From Candidatus Poribacteria bacterium (GTDB lineage: Bacteria > Poribacteria > WGA-4E > PCPOR2b), in contig OZ242326.1 in assembly GCA_965208325.1 (NCBI GenBank), positions 1,696,001 to 1,760,000 on the forward strand: a DNA stretch of 64,000 nucleotides, written 5' to 3'. A model generated the notes under the pieces. The model searched no databases, was not told the DNA's origin, and saw only the letters and a program-made list of their open reading frames with translations. This document shows, piece after piece, positions 39,557 through 49,512 of this stretch (position 1 is its first letter; every line of letters starts with the position of its first letter). Both the position numbers and the translations under genes were made by a program.

Positions 39557-39586
39557 TTGACACGTTACTCAAGTAAAAGTTATAAT
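39557..39586 (+). promoter_or_regulatory. Sigma70 promoter
   Basis: TTGACA-N18-TATAAT directly before a GGGAGG RBS. Confidence 0.7.
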
Positions 39587-39608
39587 TCCATTGGGAGGCA
39601 ATACCAAA

Positions 39609-39866
39609 ATGGACCAATCAACGCTACAAACAATTGGGATTTTCTTATCGCCGAGTCTGCTGTTGTTTATTGCAATAATCGTCAACAAACGTATTGATGA
39701 TTTGAGGGAAGATATAAAAGGATTTCGATCCGAGATAAACAATAATATAAAAGACCTTCAATCGGAGATGAAAATGGAACACGCCGCGCTCGCTAACAAA
39801 GTTGATTCACTGAGTCAGGATTTTACCAAGCACCTAATCGAATTGCATGGAAAACAAGAAAGTTAG
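39609..39866 (+). CDS. Small membrane-anchored coiled-coil protein
   Basis: One N-terminal TM segment then heptads RIDDLREDIKGFRSEI...; has its own promoter and RBS. Confidence 0.7.
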   Translation: MDQSTLQTIGIFLSPSLLLFIAIIVNKRIDDLREDIKGFRSEINNNIKDLQSEMKMEHAALANKVDSLSQDFTKHLIELHGKQES

Positions 39867-40295
39867 ATAGGCACTTCCCATACGAACACATCAACGAAAT
39901 TTTCGTTTTTTTTGCGCTCATGAAATTTTCGCCGTGCCCGTCCGCTAAATTTGGCACTATACTTCACGCCCGTAAATACCAGTTCATTTTCTATCTCTTC
40001 GCTACCCTTTGAATAATTTACGTTGGATGGCCGCCGCGTCTTGTGTAATGAACTCTTGATTATATGGAGATCCCCTTTTTCTGGCAAACTCCGTGCCAAA
40101 GCGTTTTACTTCAAGAGCAAATCCCCTAGAGTGTGGACGCTCCTCGCACCTGCACACTAGCGAGGAACAATCTCCCCCAGAGCCTGCTGCAAGACTGCCA
40201 AATCACCCGGGCGTCATCGCTAATACGCCGAGCAAAAACCACGGACTTTCGCCAATATCCTGCACTACGAAAAACCCTTCAAAAAGGTTGAGGAG

Positions 40296-40520
40296 ATGAA
40301 TTACAGAGACATCATTACCATCGAACCGGGCAAACGCAGCGGGGAACCGTGCATTCGCGGAATGCGCATCACCGTGTACGATGTTCTTGAATATCTTGCT
40401 TCGGGGATGACAAACGCGTAAATTCTTTGCGAGTTTCCCGAACTGGCTGAAGCAGACATCCGAGCTTGTCTTGCGTATGCCGCGGACCGAGAAAAATCGC
40501 AGATGGTTGTTTACACACAT
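40296..40520 (+). pseudogene. DUF433 antitoxin with a premature stop
   Basis: MNYRDIITIEPGKRSGEPCIRGMRITVYDVLEYLASGMTNA*ILCEFPELAEADIRACLAYAADRE; TAA at 40419. Confidence 0.9.
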
Positions 40521-40614
40521 GAAACTGCTATTCGATCAGAACCTGTCGGCCCAGTTAGCGACTCGGCTGGCGAATCTGTATCCTGATTCCACCCACGTTA
40601 AAGCCGTTGGTTAA
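40519..40614 (+). pseudogene. Truncated DUF5615 PIN-like toxin
   Basis: MKLLFDQNLSAQLATRLANLYPDSTHVKAVG* (31 aa), overlapping the end of the DUF433 gene. Confidence 0.85.
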
Positions 40615-40739
40615 CCCACCGCCTCACAAATTGTAAACTTCCTTGTTTTTGCATTCGAGAATAGACTTTCTCTTGAATTCGCTACTTAGTCAAAACCAAC
40701 CCGATTAACCAAACAGGAAGGGGCAAAACCGAAACTTTC

Positions 40740-40961
40740 TCACCTACATCTCCATACGTACCTAACCACCACGCCGATGAGAATCAAGCAAACGACCAGC
40801 CCGATCAAACCGAGAATGATACCTAAAATGTTGAACATCCAGTGCCCAGCAGAGGAATGGCTAAATTCCCACAACAACCATAACGAGCCGTATCCTACGA
40901 CAAGGATGAATCCCGCGGTGATCAAACTGGCTAACAGCTTGAGAAGGCAACCGAGATTCAT
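40740..40961 (-). CDS. Small two-TM membrane protein
   Basis: GGAGG RBS; 73 aa with two hydrophobic helices. Confidence 0.6.
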   Translation of the reverse strand: MNLGCLLKLLASLITAGFILVVGYGSLWLLWEFSHSSAGHWMFNILGIILGLIGLVVCLILIGVVVRYVWRCR

Positions 40962-41017
40962 GCCAACCCTCCATTTAGCTTTACCAATCCCTAGGAAACG
41001 AGTTTCAATGTTATTTT

Positions 41018-41914
41018 TCACGAAAATCTGATGAAAAACGGCTGTGTCCACGCCATGCGTCCGCCGGCGCCGTAGCATTCCGCGCGGATATATCCCAACT
41101 GCGCGGCATCGTCCGGGCTTTCCGGTAGTGTGAATGTAGCTTCAGGGGCATTGACAGTGGAACGGATGACGCCGGCGTTACTGATGAAACGGATTCGCTG
41201 CGCATCTTCAGTTTCTACATGCACCGTTGTACCTTCCGCACCGACGCGGGTGACTGTGACACCAGTAGAGCCGTAGAAACTGCCGGCTTTGAGCGCCGAT
41301 GTAATGTCTTCAACCGTGCAATTTTCTGTCTGTACCATGTTCCAAGCCAGTTCAACGTCGATCGGGAGGTGCGAATCGTCGTGCGCAAATCCCCAAATAG
41401 TGCGTCCCATTGTCAGCAAGCGATCCCACCGATCAGTGGCTATTGCGACGCCGGGCAGGCGTTCAATGACGCCGTTGTAGATTTCGATGCCGTGGTAGCG
41501 ATTGAGGGACTCCATCTGTTCCTGTGGAAAATGATTAAAGTGCGCTTCAAAGTTCGGGTGGTTCAGCACACTCACGCCGCCCTGTTTGTTGATTTCGTCG
41601 ATAACCCACTGTCGATTTGGGTGCGGCTCAATCCAGGCTTCCGCGTTGACCTGCAAAACATGGGGACCTCGCGCCGTCACTTCAACCGCCGGGATAAGCG
41701 TCATGGAGGTCTCTTTCTGAAAGCCATCGAGTTTAACCAACACGTCGTGATCCGAGATAGCCAAGAAATCGTAACCTCGGCTATCGTAGTCGGCAATTAC
41801 CGCTTCGGGCGGACGAGAGCCGTCGCTGCGGGTTGTATGGGTATGCAGGTTGCCGCGGAACCAGTTTGAAGCCCCTGTGTAGCTGCTCTTTAGCTGGATA
41901 CCGTTATTTGACAT
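41018..41914 (-). CDS. PHP-domain metallohydrolase (CehA/McbA-like)
   Basis: GNLHTHTTRSDG, ISDHD, LNHP, DDSH. Confidence 0.9.
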   Translation of the reverse strand: MSNNGIQLKSSYTGASNWFRGNLHTHTTRSDGSRPPEAVIADYDSRGYDFLAISDHDVLVKLDGFQKETSMTLIPAVEVTARGPHVLQVNAEAWIEPHPNRQWVIDEINKQGGVSVLNHPNFEAHFNHFPQEQMESLNRYHGIEIYNGVIERLPGVAIATDRWDRLLTMGRTIWGFAHDDSHLPIDVELAWNMVQTENCTVEDITSALKAGSFYGSTGVTVTRVGAEGTTVHVETEDAQRIRFISNAGVIRSTVNAPEATFTLPESPDDAAQLGYIRAECYGAGGRMAWTQPFFIRFS

Positions 41915-42017
41915 TTTTGACTCCTTCTTCGCAAGACATACAGACATGTCCGCGATTAGTTCAAACAAACCTTTTAAACTTACTGGCCACTGGACACTGG
42001 CCGCTGATTCTGCGGTT

Positions 42018-43244
42018 TCAATCTAAGGAAGCGTAATATTCAACGATGACCTGCCACGCCTTCTCGCTCATGAATCCGTCGGGCGGGGATTCGCCGTTCC
42101 GCGCGTATTCACGCATCTGCGAACCTGAAACGAAAAGAAAATCCGGGGCGCGGTTGGGTTCAAAAAAGCCCATACTGCCCGCGGCTTTGTCATAAGCCGC
42201 GACGCGGAAAGGGACGATTTTCAGGCGTTCTAGTCCAACCGCCGCCTGTAACGCCTTCACTCCGTGCCAGGGATCGTATAACGGGGCGGACTTGCCGCCG
42301 GAGTCCAGCCGCTCTGGATGCAGCATGCCTGCCGGGTCCCGCCCGACGATGTAGTAATCCGCGCCAGCGTTCATCCGCGCCTTCGCATGCCACTGCACCT
42401 CGGTTGGACCGGCGTAAAGCATCGGACTAGGAAAAATCGAGACGACTGTCGTGTCCGCATCCAGAACACCGTCTTCCAGAACTGCGTCGTGTTGGCGCAT
42501 CCGCACCTGCAACGGCACATCGTCGGCTTTTGTCCAACCGCCGAGTGGATGGAGCAGGAGCATCGGGTTTTGATATCCCTGTTTTTTTAGCTCGTCCCGG
42601 GTCTCGTTCATCAACAGCGCATGACCGTTGTGAATGGGGTTGCGGAGTTGAAACGCATAGACAACATCCGCACCGCGCCGTTTGAATTCGGCGCGAATTT
42701 CCGCAGGACTCAAGCGATATTGATCCAGACCATCGTTGTAGGTGATTCGATCAAAAACTTCGAGTTCCCCGCCGACAAGGTAATTCCCCATCGCATTGAT
42801 TCTCTCGATACTCGGGTGTGCAGGGTGGGTTAAACCGAATGTCCGTGCTGCCCGCTCCTCTTTTGGGTGCGGGTAAAACTCCGGGTCACGTAAGATTGCA
42901 ACGGCATTTCCTTCGGTGTTAACCAGCGCCACTGCTTTCTGATTTTTCAAACGGTTAAAATTGTCGGTAGAAACGTCTAGCGTAATCGGAATGGACATAT
43001 TCACACGCGTCCCGTCGTGCTGGCGTAGGCAGTTAAAATGAAGCGTCTGCAAAAATTCATCTTCGCGCATAAACCCGCGAAGCGGGCTCGCCCATCCTTC
43101 GCTGAGGACATGTACCCACTGGACATCGTAATCGGTAACCGGAAGTTTTGGACGGTCTGTTGCTTCGGCACGTTTTTTTACCCGTTGATTGTCGGGTACG
43201 ATTAAGTCTACTAGAGCACCGCCGTCTGGTGCAATTAAGGACAT
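42018..43244 (-). CDS. sat: Sulfate adenylyltransferase (ATP sulfurylase), plant/metazoan type
   Basis: SEGWASPLRGFM, FQLRNPIHNGHALLM, LHPLGGWTKADDVP, YAGPTEVQWHAKAR, VGRDPAGM. Confidence 0.95.
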   Translation of the reverse strand: MSLIAPDGGALVDLIVPDNQRVKKRAEATDRPKLPVTDYDVQWVHVLSEGWASPLRGFMREDEFLQTLHFNCLRQHDGTRVNMSIPITLDVSTDNFNRLKNQKAVALVNTEGNAVAILRDPEFYPHPKEERAARTFGLTHPAHPSIERINAMGNYLVGGELEVFDRITYNDGLDQYRLSPAEIRAEFKRRGADVVYAFQLRNPIHNGHALLMNETRDELKKQGYQNPMLLLHPLGGWTKADDVPLQVRMRQHDAVLEDGVLDADTTVVSIFPSPMLYAGPTEVQWHAKARMNAGADYYIVGRDPAGMLHPERLDSGGKSAPLYDPWHGVKALQAAVGLERLKIVPFRVAAYDKAAGSMGFFEPNRAPDFLFVSGSQMREYARNGESPPDGFMSEKAWQVIVEYYASLD

Positions 43245-43345
43245 ATTTTCTCCTCATGATGAGTAAATTTTGGCATGGTATTCAGGTACAATTTGGGACG
43301 ATTATATCACAATTGCGAGATTGAAGTCGAGGCTATTAAATTGTG

Positions 43346-43374
43346 TTGACATAAACCGCAGATCCGCATAAAAT
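43346..43374 (+). promoter_or_regulatory. Sigma70 promoter
   Basis: TTGACA-N17-TAAAAT upstream of the isomerase-ADH-PhyH run. Confidence 0.65.
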
Positions 43375-43439
43375 TAGAGATCGTAAATCGTTCCGGCATC
43401 TATAGGAGACACCGGTGTAATCGGAGGAGAAAAATTCAC

Positions 43440-44315
43440 ATGAAGGGACTAAGTTGTAATTCGGGGCTTTTGTGCAAATACAGCACAGAAGAGGCGATCA
43501 ACATACTCGCAGAACACGGCTATCAAGGTATCGACATAAGTCTTGAAATTGCGCCGCCGTTTTTGCCTATGCCGCCGCCCCACATGAGTCCGGATGACAA
43601 CGCGAGTGCAAGAAGGCGGGTGCGAAAAGCTGCGGAACAAGCCGGAATCACAATCGTTGCGTTGAACGCCCACAATAACCTGATTCATTCTGTGCCCGAG
43701 ACTAGACAGGCGAATTTAGAGTTCGTTAAGGGCACGCTGCAACTCGCGTCTGACCTTGAAGTCCAATGTGTGGTTGCCGGCTCCGGAATGAAAGAATTCT
43801 ACGGATGGGAAAGCCTATACTGGGAATGGATAGTAGATGCCTTGCGGGAATTAGTTTCGGACGCAGACCGCCTGGGAATTTCGCTGGCAGTTGAAGCGGG
43901 CGGGCTTCCCGGTATCCTTGTGCACAATTTGAGTCGTATGCAACGCTTGCTTGAATACGAGGGTTTAGAGTCGTTGGGCGTGCTGTTCGATCCCAGCCAC
44001 TACTATATCAGAGGAGACGATGTACCCGAAGCCTTCAAGGCGTTGAGCCGACGCGTAGCGCACGTGCACGCCAAGGATGCCAAAGGATATGTCGAAGACT
44101 ACGCATTCCCGCCGCTCGGAATGGGCGAAATAGATTTCGAGGCATTGGTATCGGCGATGGCGGCGTGTAACTACACAGGTTACATTTCGGTCGAGTATGA
44201 AGCGTTCGCTTGGGGATATGAAATGGAACCTACACAAGTCCTTTCCCAGGGCAAGATTCTACTAGACGGCATCATTTCCGCGGCTGCGGGACAACCGAAA
44301 CAGCAATCTAGCTAG
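43440..44315 (+). CDS. Sugar phosphate isomerase/epimerase (xylose isomerase-like TIM barrel)
   Basis: LAVE, FDPSH, HVHAKD, GMGEIDF, SVEYE. Confidence 0.9.
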   Translation: MKGLSCNSGLLCKYSTEEAINILAEHGYQGIDISLEIAPPFLPMPPPHMSPDDNASARRRVRKAAEQAGITIVALNAHNNLIHSVPETRQANLEFVKGTLQLASDLEVQCVVAGSGMKEFYGWESLYWEWIVDALRELVSDADRLGISLAVEAGGLPGILVHNLSRMQRLLEYEGLESLGVLFDPSHYYIRGDDVPEAFKALSRRVAHVHAKDAKGYVEDYAFPPLGMGEIDFEALVSAMAACNYTGYISVEYEAFAWGYEMEPTQVLSQGKILLDGIISAAAGQPKQQSS

Positions 44316-44380
44316 AATTTTAGAGAAACTGATCCGCAATCCTGTCGAGAATTCAAGATGAAGACAAGGGGGAACATACC

Positions 44381-45430
44381 ATGCTAGCTGCCGTTCTGAA
44401 AGAATTAAGCAAACCCTTGCGCATTGAGGAGGTGGAAACGCCGTCGCCCGATCCGGACGAGGTTTTGGTGCAAGTTATGGCATGCGGCACGGATGCGACC
44501 GATCTAAAGATGATTGATGGATTCGGTTACGCGCCCGATTTGCCGTTCATCACGGGCCATGAAATTGCCGGCGTCGTCTCTGAATTTGGCAACCAAGTAA
44601 CCGATTTCAAACCTGGCGACCGGGTCGTCGCCCACAATTTCTTTACGTGCGGCAAGTGCTTGCTCTGCCGCACAAACCGGGAGCAGTTGTGTATCGACAT
44701 GTCCGGTGTCATGGGTGCAAGGATAAAACACGGCGGCCACGCAGAATACGTCCTTGTCCCCGCTCGGCAGCTTGTTTCAGTTCCGGACGGAGTGCCTTGG
44801 CCGGATGCTGCGGTGTGCTGCGACGCCGGAATCACGGCATTTCACGCGGTGGATAGAGCGGAGGTAAGCTTAGGCGAAACTCTGGTCGTTATCGGAGTCG
44901 GCGGCGTGGGGTCTGTCGTTACCCAACTGGCAAAGGCGGCTGGCGCATATGTCATCGCCGTTGACCGATTGGCGGTAAAGGTGGCGCGCGGCCTCGAAAT
45001 GGGAGCTGATGTCGCGCTCAATGCCAGCGAAACGGATGTCGAAACAGAAGTCCGCGAACTCACCGATGGGCTCGGTGCGGACTGCGTGATTGATGTCGTC
45101 GGCAACAAAGAGACACTGACGTATGGGGTCAACACGTTGCGCCACGGCGGGCGATTGCTCGTCGTAGGTTACACGCCGGAACTATACGAACTCAGTGGAA
45201 GACAACTTGCCCAGAACGAGTTGATGCTTATCGGTTCGCGGTGCGGCCGGCTTCAGGATTTGGCCAGTGCTGTTCGGTTGGTTGCGGAAGGAAAAATAAA
45301 ATCCATCGTCACCGATTTGTATCCATTGGAAAAAATCAATGATGCGTTGGATGACTTACGCGCGAGCAAAGTGCTGGGGCGGGCTGTCTTACTCACACCC
45401 GCTGGTAGGAAGGCAATGGAACAGGTGTAA
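44381..45430 (+). CDS. Zinc-dependent alcohol dehydrogenase
   Basis: CGTDATD, GHEIAG, CGKCLLC...C, GVGGVG. Confidence 0.93.
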   Translation: MLAAVLKELSKPLRIEEVETPSPDPDEVLVQVMACGTDATDLKMIDGFGYAPDLPFITGHEIAGVVSEFGNQVTDFKPGDRVVAHNFFTCGKCLLCRTNREQLCIDMSGVMGARIKHGGHAEYVLVPARQLVSVPDGVPWPDAAVCCDAGITAFHAVDRAEVSLGETLVVIGVGGVGSVVTQLAKAAGAYVIAVDRLAVKVARGLEMGADVALNASETDVETEVRELTDGLGADCVIDVVGNKETLTYGVNTLRHGGRLLVVGYTPELYELSGRQLAQNELMLIGSRCGRLQDLASAVRLVAEGKIKSIVTDLYPLEKINDALDDLRASKVLGRAVLLTPAGRKAMEQV

Positions 45431-45488
45431 ACGATGCGGGGACTCATGTTTACGTCGTCGAACTTAATCCTTCGCTGAGGTGATTGTG

Positions 45489-46325
45489 ATGGATGGAACA
45501 CGCGTTGATGACCGCGACTGGTCAGCTTTGACCTTGGGCGAACAGATTCGACAGATAGAAGTCGAAGGATATCTACTGTTACCAAACCTGTTGTCTCCCA
45601 ACCAAATTGCTCGGCTCAAGGCAGAAACGGCAAAGTTGGAAACCAGCGCCGTGGATTACAGCGTGCACCAGCGGGGGCGCTCAAACATTCAGTTTCTCGG
45701 CGGAGCGATAACCGAACTCGCCGCACATCCGGCAACCTTATCCTTTCTGCGGAGGCTACTCGGTGATGAAGTCATTCTCATGAGCTATGGTTACGCCCGT
45801 TCGGAACCCGGGCATCCGGGCATCAGCCTGCACACAGACGGACAACCCTATGGATCGCAGATTTTTGGATATGAGGGGAGTGTCCCCGTCATGGTACGGG
45901 TGTTGTATTACCTCGACAATCTTACGCCTGAAATTTCCCCGTTCCGTGTTGTACCCCGCTCTCATCTATGTATGCACGCCGACGCGAACCCCTACAAACG
46001 CTATGAATCCCATCCCGAAGAGGTCATGGTGCCAGCGAAAGCGGGGTCCGCGGTAATGATTAACCACCGAGTTTTCCACGGCAATTACCCCAACACTGGC
46101 GACCGTCCGCGGGAGATGTTGGCGATTGCTTATCGGCCTGCTTGGGCAAGCCCAATTAAGGATGTACCGCCTTGGGACGAAGCCGGTTTAACCAAACTGC
46201 CCGATTCGGTACGCCCGCTTTACGCCGACCGGAATACCCGTCATTGGGACTTTCATGGAGGCAATAAACCCCCAAATATGGCGCCCGAAGCGCCCGGCAT
46301 GAACCCGAGCCGATGGATCGACTGA
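45489..46325 (+). CDS. PhyH-family Fe(II)/2OG dioxygenase
   Basis: HTD, VVPRSH, AGS...FHGNYPN...R. Confidence 0.88.
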   Translation: MDGTRVDDRDWSALTLGEQIRQIEVEGYLLLPNLLSPNQIARLKAETAKLETSAVDYSVHQRGRSNIQFLGGAITELAAHPATLSFLRRLLGDEVILMSYGYARSEPGHPGISLHTDGQPYGSQIFGYEGSVPVMVRVLYYLDNLTPEISPFRVVPRSHLCMHADANPYKRYESHPEEVMVPAKAGSAVMINHRVFHGNYPNTGDRPREMLAIAYRPAWASPIKDVPPWDEAGLTKLPDSVRPLYADRNTRHWDFHGGNKPPNMAPEAPGMNPSRWID

Positions 46326-46359
46326 TGGTTTGATTATTTCCGCTGAAATTTATATCACG

Positions 46360-46989
46360 ATGAACAAGAATTGCGCAAATTCATGGCGCGCATTGACCGC
46401 GAAGCGATTTTTTGACGTTATGTTTTCGGTATTGGGCCTTCTCGCCGCGCTTCCCCTTTTTCTGATGATTGCGTTTGCTATCAAGCTCGATTCAAAGGGT
46501 CCAGTGTTCTTTAAACACCAGCGCATCGGATTAAATGGCATCCCTTTCCTAATGTACAAGTTTCGCACAATGGTGGCGAGCGCCGCAAGCATCGGCCCGG
46601 GCATCACCTATCACGAGGACACCCGAATCACCGCGCTCGGACAACTCTTGCGTAAAACAAAGCTAGACGAGCTGCCTCAAATGATAAATGTCTGGAGAGG
46701 GGAAATGAGTTTTGTCGGGCCTCGCCCAGAAGTGCCAAACTATGTTAAACACTATTCTCCAGAGCAAGTGCATGTCCTTACGGCAAAACCAGGTATTACC
46801 GGTCCTGCCCAGATTGAGTGGCGGGATGAAGCTTCATACATCCGAGATGTGGAAAAAATTGATGAAGTATATGTTCAACAGATAATGCCCAAAAAACTTG
46901 TTCTCGACCTCGAATACGTGAAATCGCCAATATCGCTCATGAAGGATGTACAATATATTCTCACAACCGTCAGAACGCTTCTAAGTTAG
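46360..46989 (+). CDS. Sugar transferase (polyprenyl phosphoglycosyl transferase)
   Basis: KRFFD, KFRTM, LDELPQ, GEMSFVGPRP, KPGITG. Confidence 0.95.
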   Translation: MNKNCANSWRALTAKRFFDVMFSVLGLLAALPLFLMIAFAIKLDSKGPVFFKHQRIGLNGIPFLMYKFRTMVASAASIGPGITYHEDTRITALGQLLRKTKLDELPQMINVWRGEMSFVGPRPEVPNYVKHYSPEQVHVLTAKPGITGPAQIEWRDEASYIRDVEKIDEVYVQQIMPKKLVLDLEYVKSPISLMKDVQYILTTVRTLLS

Positions 46990-47129
46990 ATTTCTCACGA
47001 ACACCAAATCTGCCATGCTTGAATTCGGCGGATACCGTTGACGCCGTTGACGCTGAATCGCTGTATGCCGTGCTCTTCCAAACCGTTTTGCTGTCCGCAA
47101 TTCAAGCCGTGCGCTTACGGTTAATTTGG

Positions 47130-47846
47130 TTAAATCTCTCTGCCTTCCCAGTCTCGTAGGACTGCTCGAAGATCCTCTGTTCTATCAATCCACCAAAATT
47201 TTTCATTTTCGTCCATCCGGTAACCGTATAGATTCTGGCCTGATTTTAATAGCTCGGGAAAGAGATGCCGCCCAAAATCATAGTTTTGGTTTTCCGGGAT
47301 GTGATTTAGGATGTCGGGCTCTAACACGTACACGCCGGCGTTGACCCAATGGCTAAACACCTGGTAAGGGGACGGTTTTTCTAAAAATCGCAGGATTCGG
47401 CAATCCTCATTAAAGTCAACAATTCCGACTTGAGAAACCTCCTCGCGCCAATGCAGCGCTATTGTAGCAATACCCCCTTTTTTGTTGTGAAAGTCAACAA
47501 GTTGGGCCAAGTTGAGATGGCAGAGATTGTCGCCGTACCAGAGGATGAATGTTTCGTCAAAAAAATCAGGGATTACCTTCAATGCGCCCGCCGTGCCCAG
47601 AAGCGATTCTTCATAAGAGTAACGGATTTTTACACCCCACTTCGCGCCGTCTCCAAAATAGTCCATAATGACACCCGGGCAGTAGTGGAGATTGATTGCG
47701 ATATCCTTGATTCCGTATGCCGTTAGGCTTTCGACGTTATGCTCCAAGATTGGTTTTCCACCAATTTGCACCATCGGTTTAGGTATTTTGTCCGTGTAGG
47801 GTCTAAGCCGAGTACCCTGACCCGCGGCTAATAGCATCGCCCTCAT
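47130..47846 (-). CDS. NDP-sugar nucleotidyltransferase (mannose-1-P guanylyltransferase/HddC-like)
   Basis: LAAGQGTRLRP, PKPM, LGTAGAL, NAGVY. Confidence 0.88.
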   Translation of the reverse strand: MRAMLLAAGQGTRLRPYTDKIPKPMVQIGGKPILEHNVESLTAYGIKDIAINLHYCPGVIMDYFGDGAKWGVKIRYSYEESLLGTAGALKVIPDFFDETFILWYGDNLCHLNLAQLVDFHNKKGGIATIALHWREEVSQVGIVDFNEDCRILRFLEKPSPYQVFSHWVNAGVYVLEPDILNHIPENQNYDFGRHLFPELLKSGQNLYGYRMDENEKFWWIDRTEDLRAVLRDWEGREI

Positions 47847-47960
47847 TCGATATCCTCAATCTTGTATGTCAATAGAGTTGGTCATCTCGCCGGTTCACAC
47901 CCATTCAACCATCACGGTTTTCGTTCGCTTAAACATACTTCAGCACATCGTCTCCGCTTT

Positions 47961-48689
47961 TCACTCTTGTATTTTGTTTTGGCATTGATTGAGCATCTGG
48001 TTTGCGATAAATAAGGATTCAAAAGTGCCGGCGTCAGTCCAATCACCTTCAAGAATATCGTGCTTGAGTTCAGACCGCTTTATATATTCATTGTTCACAT
48101 CGGTGATTTCGAGTTCACCTCTTTCCGAGGGACGCTGTTTTTCAATAAAGTCAAATACCTGCTGGTCGTACATATAATATCCGATGACGGCGAAATTGGT
48201 TTTGGGTTTACCGGGTTTTTCTATGATTTCAACTATATTTTCTTCATCCAGCGCGGCAATCCCGTACCGCGTCGGCTCGCCAACCTCTTTCAATAAGACT
48301 CTCGCCCCCCGTTCCTGCCGGCTGAAATTATTTACATAAGGTTTTATCGATTTAACAGCGATATTGTCGCCAAGCACAACCACAATTCTCTCACCCTTGG
48401 CAAAATTCTCCGCGAGCAGCAGGGCGTGGGCAATCCCTCCAGATTTCTCTTGTACCTTGTAGCTGAAGTCGACGCCAAACTCGTTGCCGCTTCCGAGCAG
48501 ATTGACAACGTCTCCCATGTGCTCGGTACTGGTCACAACCAAGATTTCTGTGATACCTGCCGAAACAAGCTGCTTAATCGGATTAAGAATCATCGGCTCT
48601 CTCCCCACGGGAAGGAGATGCTTGTTTGTTACCTTTGTTAAAGGATAAAGACGAACACCTTTACCGCCCGCCAAAATGACACCCTTCAT
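47961..48689 (-). CDS. Glucose-1-phosphate thymidylyltransferase, short form
   Basis: LAGGKGVRLYPLT, NKHLLPV, LGDN, RGELEITD, WTDAGT. Confidence 0.9.
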   Translation of the reverse strand: MKGVILAGGKGVRLYPLTKVTNKHLLPVGREPMILNPIKQLVSAGITEILVVTSTEHMGDVVNLLGSGNEFGVDFSYKVQEKSGGIAHALLLAENFAKGERIVVVLGDNIAVKSIKPYVNNFSRQERGARVLLKEVGEPTRYGIAALDEENIVEIIEKPGKPKTNFAVIGYYMYDQQVFDFIEKQRPSERGELEITDVNNEYIKRSELKHDILEGDWTDAGTFESLFIANQMLNQCQNKIQE

Positions 48690-48939
48690 TTCAAATACGT
48701 CCTATCGTACCCATTCATAGTGAACCTTGGGCGTGCTGCCATTTGTAAAGCCATTTGTTTTCGTAGGGGCGAGGTTTCATCGCCCATTGGCCAAGCTAGT
48801 TGGAAAATTCAAACCTTGTAGGTTGAACGATTACAAATGTTGGTTCAGATTCATATCTCGACGCCGAAACGCTAACTCTGGAAAAATTGCCCCCCAGAAG
48901 CAAATATCAACAGAACCCATTGCTCGGAATATAAGATAA

Positions 48940-49512
48940 TCACCCAGTTTCATCCACGGCAAGATTAGCATCAATGAAACTGCACATGATGTGGCCGATG
49001 ATGAGATGCGCTTCCTGAATGTGCGCGGTAATATCGGAAGGTACAGAAATACATAAATCCACTATGTCTTTCAAAATACCCCCGCCTCTTCCCGTCAACC
49101 CAACCGTGAATAAACCTATTTCCCTAGCTTTTCGCATTGCATGAAGGACATTCGCACTGCTGCCCGAAGTCGATATCCCAATTAGGAGATCGTCCGGCCG
49201 CCCCAAGGCTTCAACCTGACGTTCGAACACCCGTTCATAACCGTAGTCGTTTGAAATCGCGGTTAACGCGGAGGTATCCGCAGTTAAAGCGATTGCAGGA
49301 TAACCGTTTCGTTCCTTAACGAAGCGGCCGACAATCTCGGCTGCCAGATGCTGGCATTCGGCGGCGCTGCCGCCATTGCCGCAAAAGAAGATGGTGCGGC
49401 CGGTCTTCAACGTTTCAACCGCCTTTTCGCCCAATTGCTGAATGGGATCGGAATGCTCGCTACTCAGCCGCTGTATCACACCAATATGTTCTTGGAGAAT
49501 TTCATCTATCAT
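48940..49512 (-). CDS. gmhA: D-sedoheptulose-7-phosphate isomerase
   Basis: CGNGGSAA, NDYG, ISTSGSS, IQEAH. Confidence 0.93.
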   Translation of the reverse strand: MIDEILQEHIGVIQRLSSEHSDPIQQLGEKAVETLKTGRTIFFCGNGGSAAECQHLAAEIVGRFVKERNGYPAIALTADTSALTAISNDYGYERVFERQVEALGRPDDLLIGISTSGSSANVLHAMRKAREIGLFTVGLTGRGGGILKDIVDLCISVPSDITAHIQEAHLIIGHIMCSFIDANLAVDETG

